Part shown: positions 45,301 through 59,137 of the stretch, piece after piece | How positions within the stretch are numbered: position 1 is the stretch's first letter | Layout of the letters: each line of letters opens with the position of its first letter | Origin: Macrostomum hystrix | Lineage: Eukaryota; Animalia; Platyhelminthes | Direction: 5' to 3' | DNA: 64,000 bases | Assembly (NCBI GenBank): GCA_950097015.1 | Contig: CATNEN010000039.1 | Location: 4,588,001 to 4,652,000, forward strand | The notes under the pieces: generated by a model | The model's database searches: none | Seen by the model: the letters and a program-made list of their open reading frames with translations, nothing else | What the model was told of the DNA's origin: nothing | Made by a program: the position numbers and the translations under genes

Positions 45301-48300
45301 CATTTCCAATCAGAATTGTCATTTCCAATCAGAATGGTATGTCTGCTAAACAGCGAATGAACTGACATTTCAGGCTGGACTACTGCGGCATCGCCCTTCT
45401 AACAATGGGCAGCTTTGTGCCCTGGCTGTACTACGGCTTCTATTGCCAGGTGGCTGCCAAAGTCGTGTACATTTCACTCATTGGAGCCCTGGGCACCGCG
45501 GCCATTGTGGTGTCCATGTTTGACGCCTTCGCTGCGCCGAAGTTTAGGGCTTTGCGAGCTGGTGAGTAATCAAATGACTCATTAATGCTCAATTGTGTGT
45601 CCAGTGACTGCTAGCCATCATACTGAAGACTTGCACCAAGACATAGTCAATTATCCCTTCACTCATCCCTTCACTCACCCTTCACCCATCCCTTCACCCA
45701 TCCCTTCACCCATCCCTTCACTCATCCCTTCACCCACTCCTTCACTCAACCCTTCACCCATCCCTTCACTCATCCCTTCACTCACCCCTTCACCCATCCC
45801 TTCACCCATCCATTCACTCAACCCTTCACCCATTCCTCCACTCAACCCTTCACCCATCCATTCACTCAGCCCTTCACCCATCCCTTCACTCACCCCTTCA
45901 CCCATCCATTCACTCAGCCCTTCACTCACCCTTCACCCATCCATTCACTCAACCCTTCACCCATTCCTCCACTCAACCCTTCACCCATCCATTCACTCAG
46001 CCCTTCACCCATCCATTCACTCAACCCTTCACCCATCCATTCACTCAACCCTTCACCCATCCCTTCACTCATCCCTTCACTCACCCCTTCACCCATCCCT
46101 TCACGCATCCATTCACTCAGCCCTTCACCCATCCCTTCACTCAACCCTTCACCCATCCCTTCACTCACCCCTTCACCCATCCATTCACTCAGCCCTTCAC
46201 TCACCCCTTCACCCATCCATTCACTCAACCCTTCACCCATCCCTTCACTCATCCCTTCACACTAAACTTTCAGTTTATCACGAAACACTAAACAATCATA
46301 CATTTTTATTTAACCAGTATTCTACCTTTTGAAGCTTTCATTCACTGCCTAAATCATTTTCTCTTCTCAAAAGTTCATCCCAGCCACAGCAAGGCTCTAA
46401 CCAATGCCTGCCCAATCTCCTACAGGTGTTTTTATTCTGCTTGGCGCATCTGGTGCCATTCCAGCCCTGCATTACACCATTGTTGAAGGCTTTCACAGCG
46501 CTGTCTATCACGCCGGCCTGGGCTGGCTGTCACTGATGGCCCTGCTCTACATCACCGGTGCAGTCATCTACGCTGTGCGATTTCCAGAGCGTCTGTTTCC
46601 TGGAAAATTCGATTTTTGGGTGAGATTATTCACTCACTTGATGTGAGCTATGCACCTCGCTACCGGTTCTTCCATTCCCTAATCCCATCGGTTCTCCCAT
46701 TCCCTTATCCCATCGGTTCTCCCATTCCCTAATTCCTCCGGTTCTCCCATTCCCTAATCCCATCGGTTCTCGAATTCCCTAATCCCATCGGTTCTCGAAT
46801 TCCCTAATCCCATCGGTTCTCCCATTCCCTAATCCCATCGGTTCTCCCATTCCCTAATCCCATCGGTTCTTCCTATCTCTAATCCCATCAGTTCTCCCAT
46901 TCCCTAATCCCATCGGTTCTCCCATTCCCTAATTCCTCCGGTTCTCCCATTCCCTAATCCCATCGGTTCTCGAATTCCCTAATCCCATCGGTTCTCGAAT
47001 TCCCTAATCCCATCGGTTCTCCCATTCCCTAATCCCATCGGTTCTCCCATTCCCTAATCCCATCGGTTCTTCCTATCTCTAATCCCATCAGTTCTCCCAT
47101 TCCCTAATCCCATCGGTTCTTCCTATCTCTAATCCCATCAGTTCTCCCATTCCCTAATCCCATCGGTTCTCCCATTCCCTAATCCCATCGGTTCTCCCAT
47201 TCCCTAATCCCATCGGTTCTCCCATTCCCTAATCCCATCGGTTCTTCCTATCTCTAATCCCATCAGTTCTCCCATTCCCTAATCCCATCGGTTCTCCCAT
47301 TCCCTAATCCCATCAGTTCTCCCATTCTCTAATCCCATCAGTTCTCCCATTCCATAATCCCATCGGTTCTTCCTATCTCTAATCCCATCAGTTCTCCCAT
47401 TCCCTAATCCCATCGGTTCTCCCATTCCCTAATCCCATCGGTTCTCCCAATCTCTAATCCCATCAGTTCTCCCGTTTCCTAATCCCATCGGTTCGCTAAT
47501 TCCCTAATCACATCGGTTCTCTAATTCCCTAATCTCATCGGTTCTCGAATTCCCTAATCCTATCGGTTCGCTAATTTCCTAATCTCATCGGTTCTCCCAT
47601 TCCCTAATCCCATCGGTTCGCTAATTCCCTAATCTCATCGGTTCTCCCATTCCCTAATCCCATCGGTTCGCTAATTCCCTAATCTCATCGGTTCTCGAAT
47701 TCCCTAATCCCATCGGTTCTCCCATTCCCTAATCCCATCGGTTCGCTAATTCCCTAATCTCATAGGTTCTCCCATTCCCTAATCCAATCGGTTCGCTAAT
47801 TCCCTAATCTCATCGGTTCTCGAATTCCCTAATCCCATCGGTTCTCCCAATCTCTAATCCCATCAGTTCTCCCGTTTCCTAATCCCATCGGTTCGCTAAT
47901 TCCCTAATCCCATCGGTTCTCTAATTCCCTAATCTCATCGGTTCTCGAATTCCCTAATCCCATCGGTTCGCTAATTCCCTAATCTCATCGGTTCTCCCAT
48001 TCCCTAATCCCATCGGTTCGCTAATTCCCTAATCCCATCGGTTCTCCCATTCCCTAATCCCATCGGTTTGCTAATTCCCTAATCTCATCGGTTCTCGAAT
48101 TCCCTAATCCCATCGGTTCTCCCATTCCCTAATCCCATCGGTTCGCTAATTCCCTAATCTCATAGGTTCTCCCATTCCCTAATCCAATCGGTTCGCTAAT
48201 TCCCTAATCTCATCGGTTCTCGAATTCCCTAATCCCATCGGTTCTCCCAATCTCTAATCCCATCAGTTCTCCCGTTTCCTAATCCCATCGGTTCGCTAAT

Positions 48301-49117
48301 TCCCTAATCCCATCGGTTCTCTAATTCCCTAATCTCATCGGTTCTCGAATTCCCTAATCCCATCGGTTCGCTAATTCCCTAATCTCATCGGTTCTCCCAT
48401 TCCCTAATCCCATCGGTTCGCTAATTCCCTAATCCCATCGGTTCTCCCATTCCCTAATCCCATCGGTTTGCTAATTCCCTAATCTCATCGGTTCTCGAAT
48501 TCCCTAATCCCATCGGTTCGCTAATTCCCTAATCTCATCGGTTCTCGAATTCCCTAATCCCATCGGTTCTCCCATTTCCTAATCCCATCGGTTCTCGAAT
48601 TCCCTAATCCCATCGGTTCTCCCATTCCCTAATCCCATCGGTTCTCGAATTCCCTAATCCCATCGGTTCTCCCATTCCCTAATCCCATCGGTTCTCGAAT
48701 TCCCTAATCCCATCGGTTCTCCCGTTCCCCAATCCCGTCGGTTCTCCCGTTCCCTTATCCCATCGGTTCTCAAATTCCCTAATCCCATTGGTTCACGAAT
48801 TCCCTAATCCCACCGGTTCTCTAATTCCCTAATCCCTTTGGTTTTCCTCAAATGGCAGCTAGCTAATGACTGGGCTACTAATACTTTATCAATACCCTAC
48901 TTCCCTTTTCACTGTTTTTCGATTCCCTTGATTCCTGTCAAAATATGCCAGCTTATCAAACTTCCTGCCGGCAAAGGCTTTAGTTTTCCAAATTTAATAT
49001 TTCCAGCTGCAGAGCCACCAGATCTTCCACGTGTTTGTCGTGGCCGCTGCCTTTGTGCACTTTCACGGCATCACTCAGGTGGCCAATTATCGGCTAACTT
49101 ATGGATACTGTCAGTAA
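42304..49117 (+). CDS. ADIPOR: Adiponectin receptor (PAQR family); exons 42304-42486, 43257-43614, 44809-44989, 45374-45561, 46426-46619, 49007-49117 (404 aa)
   Basis: LPDWLKDNDFL..GHRP, SIFRVHTETGNIWTH, SFLFHTVYCHSE, LDYCGI, RFPERLFPGKFD, QSHQIFHVFVVAAAFVH; phases consistent (1215 nt); first exon less certain. Confidence 0.93.
42770..43080 (-). mobile_element. Putative SINE, longest copy, in AdipoR intron 1
   Basis: Joins the head seen at 16425/11005 to the body seen at 1795. Confidence 0.65.
43660..44752. repeat. 25-bp repeat in AdipoR intron 2
   Basis: CCCATCCAGATCCCATTCTTCTACA. Confidence 0.95.
45031..45337. repeat. 20-bp repeat in AdipoR intron 3
   Basis: TCAGGAATGGTCATTTCCAR. Confidence 0.95.
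45654..46262. repeat. 12-bp-based repeat in AdipoR intron 4
   Basis: CCCTTCACCCAT / CCCTTCACTCAA. Confidence 0.95.
46663..48845. repeat. 25-bp repeat (~87 units) in AdipoR intron 5
   Basis: CCCATTCCCTAATCCCATCGGTTCT. Confidence 0.95.
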
Positions 49118-49251
49118 AATGTATTCATTGACTGCTAACGAATCCGCGAAACCCTTGGCTGGAAATGTTAAAAAACATAGTTCAGTTTCTTTGCTTCAAC
49201 CATTGCATCCATTTTACACTTTTGATAACAAACAAACCTTCCTTATCGGTA

Positions 49252-49936
49252 GAATAGAGCTTCAGTTTGTGTAACTTCAGTGGAATACAACTTCAGGATT
49301 GTTTAACTTCAGTGGAATACAACTTCAGTTTGTGTAACTTCAGTGGAATACAACTTCAGAATTGTATAACTTCAGTGTAATAGAGCTTCAGGGTTGTGTA
49401 ACTTCAGGCTTGTGTAACTTCAGGCTTGTGTAACTTCAGGCTTGTGTAACTTCAGGCTTGTGTAACTTCAGGCTTGTGTAACTTCAAGCTTGTGTGACTT
49501 CAGGGTTGTGTAACTTCAGGGTTGTGTAACTTCAGTGGAATGGAGCTTCAGGCTTGTGTAACTTTAGGCTTGTGTAACTTCAGGCTTGTGTAACTTCAGG
49601 CTTGTGTAACTTCAGTGGAATGGAGCTTCAGGGTTGTGTAACTTCAGGGTTGTGTAACTTCAGTGGAATGGAGCTTCAGGGTTGTGTAACTTCAGGGTTG
49701 TGTAACTTCAGTGGAATGGAGCTTCAGGTTTGTGTAACTTCAGGGTTGTGTAACTTCAGTGGAATGGAGCTTCAGGGTTGTGTAACTTCAGGGTTGTGTA
49801 ACTTCAGTGGAATGGAGCTTCAGGGTTGTGTAACTTCAGGGTTGTGTAACTTCAGTGGAATGGAGCTTCAGGCTTGTGTAACTTCAGGCTTGTGTAACTT
49901 CAGTGGAATGGAGCTTCAGGGTTGTGTAACTTCAGC
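49252..49936. repeat. 16-bp-based composite repeat downstream of the AdipoR stop
   Basis: TTGTGTAACTTCAGGS and TGGAATGGAGCTTCAG modules. Confidence 0.9.
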
Positions 49937-50527
49937 TTTGCGCGAAACCACCAGTATAAACTTTTGTAATGCGCTGTTTTTCCTTTCTGTGATACTTGCC
50001 ATTGCCAGACAGCGACCGATCTAGGAAGCGAAATAAATTTCCTAGAAACAGACTATTTTTCATTAAAAAAAAGTTATTTTATTTGCTTTATTATTCTTAT
50101 TAAAGAATGTATAACTTTTTTATTGTAAATTAATTAATATTCAACATTTTTTGCTTTTTTGTCTTCCAGCGACACTTTTGAAGCTAAAGCCCTTTTGGCT
50201 TTTAAAATATAAAAGCTCAGTTACTGTTGTATTTCCAAGCCCTCATCTTTCTGACAGCTTTAAAATAAAAAGTGCGCAAAATGTATCTACTTGCACATAA
50301 GTAGTATGAAACAGATTTTTTAACGACCAAAAATACACGGAAGCACAATCTCGTTCACAGATTTTTCTTTACTAAATGTATTTTTAAGCTCGTATTTTTT
50401 CTGTTCTTTTTTGTACTTGTTCGCCTATGCAAATGACGAAACATCTCATACTGAGTCCGCTCACAGTTGCATATTCTTCAGCTATTTACCTTTAGTTAAC
50501 TTCCTGTTTCAGGTTAGCACAGCACCA

Positions 50528-53500
50528 ATGAGTACCAACGCGCACCAACGCTTGAATCACGCCCTGGACCTCATGCGGCGATTGCCCCCGCAGGCGGTTG
50601 AAAAGCACCTCGGCGAGCTAATGGATCTGGCTCCGGACCTCACCGAGAACCTGCTGTGCTGCGTCGACCAACCGCTGCGGGTTGCCAGAGACACCAGCTG
50701 CGCCAAGGACTTCCTGCTGTGCGACTACAACAGGGATGCGGATAGTCACAGGTGGGCATGGCATGCAGGGATGCGGATAGTCACAGGTGGGCATGGCATG
50801 CTGGGATGCAGATAGTCACAGGTGGGCATGGCATGCAGGGATGCGGATAGTCACAGGTGGGCATGGCATGCTGGGATGCAGATAGTCACAGGTGGGCATG
50901 GCATGCTGGGATGCAGATAGTCACAGGTGGGCATGGCATGCTGGGATGCAGATAGTCACAGGTGGGCATGGCATGCAGGGATGCGGATAGTCACAGGTGG
51001 GCATGGCATGCTGGGATGCAGATAGTCACAGGTGGGCATGGCATGCTGGGATGCAGATAGTCACAGGTGGGCATGGCATGCAGGGATGCGGATAGTCACA
51101 GGTGGGCATGGCATGCTGGGATGCAGATAGTCACAGGTGGGCATGGCATGCTGGGATGCAGATAGTCACAGGTGGGCATGGCATGCTGGGATGCAGATAG
51201 TCACAGGTGGGCATGGCATGCTGGGATGCAGATAGTCACAGGTGGGCATGGCATGCAGGGATGCGGATAGTCACAGGTGGGCATGGCATGCTGGGATGCA
51301 GATAGTCACAGGTGGGCATGGCATGCTGGGATGCAGATAGTCACAGGTGGGCATGGCATGCAGGGATGCGGATAGTCACAGGTGGGCATGGCATGCTGGG
51401 ATGCAGATAGTCACAGGTGGGCATGGCATGCTGGGATGCAGATAGTCACAGGTGGGCATGGCATGCTGGGATGCAGATAGTCACAGGTGGGCATGGCATG
51501 CTGGGATGCAGATAGTCACAGGTGGGCATGGCATGCAGGGATGCGGATAGTCACAGGTGGGCATGGCATGCAGGGATGCGGATAGTCACAGGTGGGCATG
51601 GCATGCAGGGATGCAGATAGTCACAGGTGGGCATGGCATGCAGGGATGCAGATAGTCACAGGTGGGCATGGCATGCTGGGATGCAGATAGTCACAGGTGG
51701 GCATGGCATGCTGGGATGCGGATAGTCACAGGTGGGCATGGCATGCTGGGATGCGGATAGTCACAGGTGGGCATGGCATGCTGGGATGCGGATAGTCACA
51801 GGTGGGCATGGCATGCTGGGATGCAGATAGTCACAGGTGGGCATGGCATGCTGGGATGCGGATAGTCACAGGTGGGCATGGCATGCTGGGATGCAGATAG
51901 TCACAGGTGGGCATGGCATGCTGGGATGCAGATAGTCACAGGTGGGCATGGCATGCTGGGATGCAGATAGTCACAGGTGGGCATGGCATGCTGGGATGCA
52001 GATAGTCACAGGTGGGCATGGCATGCTGGGATGCAGATAGTCACAGGTGGGCATGGCATGCTGGGATGCAGATAGTCACAGGTGGGCATGGCATGCTGGG
52101 ATGCGGATAGTCACAGGTGGGCATGGCATGCAGGGATGCGGATAGTCTCAGGTGGGCATGGCATGCAGGGGTGCGGATAGTCACAGGTGGGCATGGCATG
52201 CAGGGATGCAGATAGTCACAGGTGGGCATGGCATGCTGGGATGCAGATAGTCACAGGTGGGCATGGCATGCTGGGATGCAGATAGTCACAGGTGGGCATG
52301 GCATGCTGGGATGCAGATAGTCACAGGTGGGCATGGCATGCAGGGATGCAGATAGTCACAGGTGGGCATGGCATGCAGGGATGCGGATAGTCTCAGGTGG
52401 GCATGGCATGCAGGGGTGCGGATAGTCACAGGTGGGCATGGCATGCAGGGATGCAGATAGTCACAGGTGGGCATGGCATGCTGGGATGCAGATAGTCACA
52501 GGTGGGCATGGCATGCTGGGATGCAGATAGTCACAGGTGGGCATGGCATGCTGGGATGCAGATAGTCACAGGTGGGCATGGCATGCTGGGATGCAGATAG
52601 TCACAGGTGGGCATGGCATGCTGGGATGCAGATAGTCACAGGTGGGCATGGCATGCTGGGATGCGGATAGTCACAGGTGGGCATGGCATGCTGGGATGCA
52701 GATAGTCACAGGTGGGCATGGCATGCTGGGATGCGGATAGTCACAGGTGGGCATGGCATGCTGGGATGCGGATAGTCACAGGTGGGCATGGCATGCTGGG
52801 ATGCAGATAGTCACAGGTGGGCATGGCATGCTGGGATGCAGATAGTCACAGGTGGGCATGGCATGCTGGGATGCAGATAGTCACAGGTGGGCATGGCATG
52901 CAGGGATGCAGATAGTCACAGGTGGGCATGGCATGCTGGGATGCAGATAGTCACAGGTGGGCATGGTATGCTGGGATGCAGATAGTCACAGGTGGGCATG
53001 GCATGCAGGGATGCGGATAGTCTCAGGTGGGCATGGCATGCAGGGATGCGGATAGTCTCAGGTGGGCATGGCATGCAGGGATGCGGATAGTCACAGGTGG
53101 GCATGGCATGCAGGGATGCAGATAGTCACAGGTGGGCATGGCATGCTGGGATGCAGATAGTCACAGGTGGGCATGGCATGCTGGGATGCAGATAGTCACA
53201 GGTGGGCATGGCATGCTGGGATGCAGATAGTCACAGGTGGGCATGGCATGCTGGGATGCAGATAGTCACAGGTGGGCATGGCATGCAGGGATGCGGATAG
53301 TCACAGGTAGGCATGGCATGCTGGGATGCAGATAGTCACAGGTGGGCATGGCATGCTGGGATGCGGATAGTCACAGGTGGGCATGGCATGCTGGGATGCG
53401 GATAGTCACAGGTGGGCATGGCATGCTGGGATGCGGATAGTCACAGGTGGGCATGGCATGCTGGGATGCGGATAGTCACAGGTGGGCATGGCATGCAGGG

Positions 53501-55887
53501 ATGCAGATAGTCACAGGTGGGCATGGCATGCTGGGATGCAGATAGTCACAGGTGGGCATGGCATGCTGGGATGCAGATAGTCACAGGTGGGCATGGCATG
53601 CAGGGATGCGGATAGTCACAGGTGGGCATGGCATGCTGGGATGCAGATAGTCACAGGTGGGCATGGCATGCTGGGATGCGGATAGTCACAGGTGGGCATG
53701 GCATGCAGGGATGCAGATAGTCACAGGTGGGCATGGCATGCAGGGATGCAGATAGTCACAGGTGGGCATGGCATGCTGGGATGCAGATAGTCACAGGTGG
53801 GCATGGCATGCTGGGATGCAGATAGTCACAGGTGGGCATGGCATGCAGGGATGCAGATAGTCACAGGTGGGCATGGCATGCAGGGATGCGGATAGTCACA
53901 GGTGGGCATGGCATGCTGGGATGCAGATAGTCACAGGTGGGCATGGCATGCTGGGATGCAGATAGTCACAGGTGGGCATGGCATGCTGGGATGCAGATAG
54001 TCACAGGTGGGCATGGCATGCAGGGATTAAAGAACCGATGGAATTCGAGGGTACTGAGCAGTCCACCTGAGCAGTCCAGCTAACTGAGGCTCAGCACCTG
54101 CACCCGGATGCCTTACAGGTCTCCCTGGAGCAATCGCTATTTTCCCACCCTGGACGATGGCGCTGTGCCGTCTGACCGGCTTCGCCAGGTAGAGATCGAG
54201 TTGAATTTCGCGATGCAGCGCTACAGGGACCTGTACTATGGCGGGGACAGCATCGCGTCCGCCTACCTGTGGGATTTGGACACCACGGCCAAGGGATTCG
54301 CTGGCGCTGTGCTCATTAAGAAGTGCTCAGAGAGCGGAGGCCAATGGGATTCCGTGCACGTCATCAAGGTTGCACCGAAGGCGAGCGGACGGGCGGCAAA
54401 ATACAAGCTGACAGCCACAGTAATGCTGCGCCTGCTTGACGACTGCAGGTGAGCTGTGTGCCCGCTCTTGTCTGTAATTCCCCCTTATCTGTAATTATCC
54501 CTTATCTGTAATTATCCCTTATCTGTAATTATCCCTTATCTGTTATTATTCCTTATCTGTAATTATCCCTTATCTGTTATTATTCCTTATCTGTAATTAT
54601 CCCTTATCTGTTATTATTCCTTATCTGTTATTATTCCTTATCTGTTATTATCCCTTATCTGTTATTATCCCTTATCTGTTATTATCCCTTATCTGTTATT
54701 ATCCCTTATCTGTTATTATTCCTTATCTGTTATTATTCCTTATCTGTAATTATCCCTTATCTTTTATTATCCCTTATCTGTTATTATCCCTTATCTGTAA
54801 TTATCCCTTATCTGTTATTATCCCTTATCTGTAATTATCCCTTATCTTTTATTATCCCTTATCTGTTATTATTCCTTATCTGTAAAGAGCTCAAAAATGA
54901 AGTCTCTCAATCAAGTCAATGATTATCCTGTCCTTTATCTGTAATATCCTAATTCTGTAATTCTCTATCGTCTGTAAATATCCCCATCTCGCAATTATCC
55001 CGACCCTAACTGTCCCAAAATACTACACAATTATAACATCTGTGTAGTACTTTAGATAACTTCCCTATGATATCATTCAAGAGGTTTTAGCCTAGTGGTT
55101 TGAGCGTTGGACTGTCGACTTGAAGGTCGGTGGTTCGATTCATGACTCTTGCCTTTCTTTAGTTACCGCAGCGGTTAAATAGCTACCTGCATCAGCTGGC
55201 ATCCCTTTTCCAGTCCGTAGTAATAAATATTTTCTTTTTATTCCCCAAAAATTGGCAGCAATGGTCCACAAGGAGCTGGGGCAAGCAGCGGAGCAGGCGG
55301 CGACTTTGATCTTGGCGGCAGTTTGACTAGGCAAACTGAGCGAGAATGCGGCATCGGTGTGACCGGAGCGAGCGAGGCTTCGGTGGCTGGAGTTCACGTA
55401 GCCAATATTGGCCGACTTATTGAGGTCAGATTTTTATTGGCTAGTCTGAAACTAACCACTATTCAGTGATTTCCTGTGATTGGCTAGTCTAGACCTGTCT
55501 GATTTATCGACTGTTCTGTGATTGGCTAGTTTAGACCTGTCTGATTTATAGACTGTTCTGTGATTGGCTAGTCTGAAACAATCGATCATTCAATGATTGG
55601 CTGTGATTGGCTAGTCTAGAGATAGACTTTCGTTGATTGGCTGCTAGTCTAGAGTTGACTGAAATTTCTTTGTCCAGGAAACCGAGACCTCGATGCGGCA
55701 GCAGCTGATTGATGTGTACTTTGACAATGTGTGCGGGGTTGTTGAATCCATGCGCATTTCGCTGTCCAAGGCAACCAGGCAAGCCAGAGAGCAGCTGCAG
55801 CGCGAGCTGACGGAGGCCCTCAGCGGCAAGGTTTCAACGCTGATGACGTCATCATTGTCGACAGATGCCAAAGTGCTTATTGATTAA
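50528..55887 (+). CDS. CAPZB: F-actin capping protein beta subunit (divergent); exons 50528-50751, 54119-54448, 55259-55424, 55678-55887 (309 aa)
   Basis: [77 protein letters not shown]. Confidence 0.92.
50731..54027. repeat. 35-bp tandem repeat, 94 copies, spanning the CAPZB exon 1/intron 1 junction
   Basis: CWGGGATGCRGATAGTCACAG|GTGGGCATGGCATG; 50731-54020 = 94 x 35 bp. Confidence 0.97.
54470..54885. repeat. 17-bp repeat in CAPZB intron 2
   Basis: CTTATCTGTWATTATCC. Confidence 0.9.
55435..55652. repeat. Degenerate GATTGGCTAGTCT repeat in CAPZB intron 3
   Basis: About six copies. Confidence 0.75.
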
Positions 55888-57029
55888 CTACTCGTATATT
55901 GGTTGCTTTGGGATTTTTTAGACCTAATTTTTTTTGCTTTGATCTCTTATTATTAGTTTCTTTGACAACGTTATCTACACTTAGAATAAAATTTGTGTCT
56001 TCCTTTAGAAAATTTAGTTTGCATTGCTTTAGTTTGTAGTTCAACCTTGCAGTATTAACAAACCATTTGACATGTTGCTTGCTGCAGTTTTTGCAATCAG
56101 CTACTTTGCTATATTGACCTCTTTGAAATTTGCTAATTTTACTAATTTTCAAGTCATCACAGTTTGCAGTATTCGTCAGTCTTTTCTAGTCTAAGAAAGT
56201 TTTTCATTGAAAAATATACTCGTATATAATGATTTGCTTTACCTAGCTACTTCTAGTCATATTAGACGCACAAACTGCCAAACTTCTGTTTGAAAGTTTT
56301 CCAATCGATTTACTATCGAGAGCTCTGGGCGAGCGGACGACCGGTCACGTCCTACATTGCTGCATCTCTTGGCCTTTTAAGCTTCCATCGCGACCTAATT
56401 AATTATTAAACTGCTGTGTTTGCAATGTCTCCTGCTCCCAACCCACCCTCCTAGCTCCTCTTTCCCCAGTTTTCTGTTTTTTCCGTCTTTCAAAATTCTA
56501 GCCGTCTCAGTCACTGTGTGTTTGGTCGGAAAATATGCTTATGAATTATGTACTTTGTACTAATATATAGTATTGCAGAGCTGGGATATTTGAGCGAATA
56601 GTCCCCATCGCCACACCCTGCCTAGCAATGTCCCCTACAAAATCTTTGATTCCATGCATTCGCACACACAGACTGATTCCATGGGGATTTCTGTGCTCAC
56701 TGCACAAGCTGCGCTCGTGTGGCCGCATTGTAATGTGCTGCCCGCGGTCGATGAGGAAGATTCTCAACTGATCTTTTGTTCTTTGAGCAGCCCTGCCCCC
56801 CAACGGCCGGTCAAAGGAGGCCAAAAAAAAGCAGCGAAGACCCTCGACTTCTGATGTCTCTTTGCGAAGCCTGAATGGGCATCTTGACTTAGTTCTGATG
56901 CTTAAATATTTGCGCGTTCTTCCTCTCAGACTCCTCTGATCTTGACACTGGCACATTGTCTCCTGCAGTGCTTTGTCCGCTCCAACACTCCCTCCATCTC
57001 ATCCCTTATCCCTATTTCTCTTCTACAGT

Positions 57030-57822
57030 CTCCCTCCCATTCTACCACTCTCCCCCTATCTTCCACTCTCCCTCCCTTTCTCATTCTTTCCCTCCCATTC
57101 TCCCACTCTCTCTCCCTTTCTCCCACTCTCCCCCCTTTCTCCCACTCTCCCTCCCTTTCTCCCACTCTCCCTCCCTTTCTACCACTCTCCCTCCCATTCT
57201 ACCACTCTCCCTCCTTTCTCCCACTCTCCCTCCTTTTCTTCAACTCTCCCTCCTTTCTCCCACTCTCCCCCCTTTCTCCCACTCTCCTCCTTTTCTTCAA
57301 CTCTCCCTCCTTTCTCCCACTCTCCTCCTTTTCTTCCACTCTCCCTCCCATTCTCCCACTCTCCCTCCCTTTCTCCCACTCTCCCTCCCTTTCTACCACT
57401 CTCCCTCCCATTCTACCACTCTCCCTCCTTTCTCCCACTCTCCCCCCTTTCTCCCACTCTCCCCCCTTTCTCCCACTCTCCTCCTTTTCTTCCACTCTCC
57501 CTCCCATTCTCCCACTCTCCCTCCCTTTCTCCCACTCTCCCTCCCTTTCTACCACTCTCCCTCCCTTTCTACCACTCTCCCTCCTTTCTCCCACTCTCCC
57601 TCTCTTTCTTCCACTCTCCATCCCATTCTCCCACTCTCCCTCCCTTTCTCCCACTCTCCCTCCCTTTCTACCACTCTCCCTCCTTTCTCCCACTCTCCCT
57701 CTCTTTCTTCCACTCTCCCTCCCTTTCTCCCACTCTCCCTCCCTTTCTCCCGCTCTCCCTTCCTTTCTACCACTCTCCCTCCCTTTCTCCCACTCTCCCT
57801 CCCTTTCTACCACTCTCCCTCC
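57030..57822. repeat. Polypyrimidine/polypurine minisatellite (TTCTCCCACTCTCCCTCCC)
   Basis: Visible low-complexity array. Confidence 0.9.
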
Positions 57823-58246
57823 GTTTGGAAACTGTTCTTTTTTCACCGTGCTGAATTGTCTCGCTGTCACTGTCAGTTACCCGGCCGTTAAGTCTGCCAC
57901 ATTCTGTCCAAGTCTGCTAGTACGCGCTCGTATCAAGTTTCAATCTTTCTTCTGCTGCCTACCTTGAGATAACGATCGGTGCTTCCTGCAGTTGCCACAC
58001 CCTAGCGCTGAGAGCCTTCCGATTCAAATCCTGACTGGCTCAGAATCGTTAGTAACTAGACCCACTGCTTCCCAGTTTCCACTGGAGTTCTGGTGACGCC
58101 ACTGTATTGTCCAACGTCAGCGGACTCAAATTTCACTCACACTATGCCTATAAAAGCTCTTTCATCTTTTTCGGATAATAATGAGAAACTCCTATCTGAC
58201 AATTTGTACTCAGGAGTACTTCACCTCTACTCATTACTCAATATAT

Positions 58247-59137
58247 GGCATTGGGTCTACTCACTACTCAGCTCTGGTATTGAGTCTACTCACTACTCAA
58301 GCTCTGGTATTGGGTCTACTCACTACCCAAGCTCTGGTATTGGGTCTACTCACTACCCAAGCTCTGGTATTGGGTCTACTCACTACCCAAGCTCTGGTAT
58401 TGGGTCTACTCACTACTCAGGCTCTGGTATTGAGTCTACTCACTACTCAAGCTCTGGTATTGGGTCTACTCACTACTCAAGCTCTGGTATTGAGTCTACT
58501 CACTACTCAAGCTCTGGTATTGGGTCTACTCACTACTCAAGCTCTGGTATTGAGTCTACTCACTACTCAAGCTCTGGTATTGAGTCTACTCACTACTCAA
58601 GCTCTGGTATTGAGTCTACTCACTACTCAAGCTCTGGTATTGGGTCTACTCACTACTCAAGCTCTGGTATTGGGTCTACTCACTACTCAAGCTCTGGTAT
58701 TGAGTCTACTCACTACTCAAGCTCTGGTATTGAGTCTACTCACTACTCAAGCTCTGGTATTGGGTCTACTCACTACTCAAGCTCTGGTATTGGGTCTACT
58801 CACTACTCAAGCTCTGGTATTGAGTCTACTCACTACTCAAGCTCTGGTATTGGGTCTACTCACTACTCAAGCTCTGGTATTGAGTCTAATCACTACTCAA
58901 GCTCTGGTATTGAGTCTACTCACTACTCAAGCTCTGGTATTGAGTCTGCTCACTACTCAAGCTCTGGTATTGGGTCTACTCACTACTCAACATCTGGTAT
59001 TGAGTCTGCTCACTACTCAACATCTGGTATTGAGTCTGCTCACTACTCAACATCTGGTATTGAGTCTGCTCACTACTCAACATCTGGTATTGAGTCTGCT
59101 CACTACTCAACATCTGGTATTGAGTCTACTCACTACT
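58247..59137. repeat. 30-bp tandem repeat, ~29 copies
   Basis: CACTACTCAAGCTCTGGTATTGRGTCTACT. Confidence 0.95.

Noticed and set aside
55086-55146. tRNA gene candidate
   Set aside because: A/B-box-like motifs but no acceptor stem or full cloverleaf; more likely a SINE head
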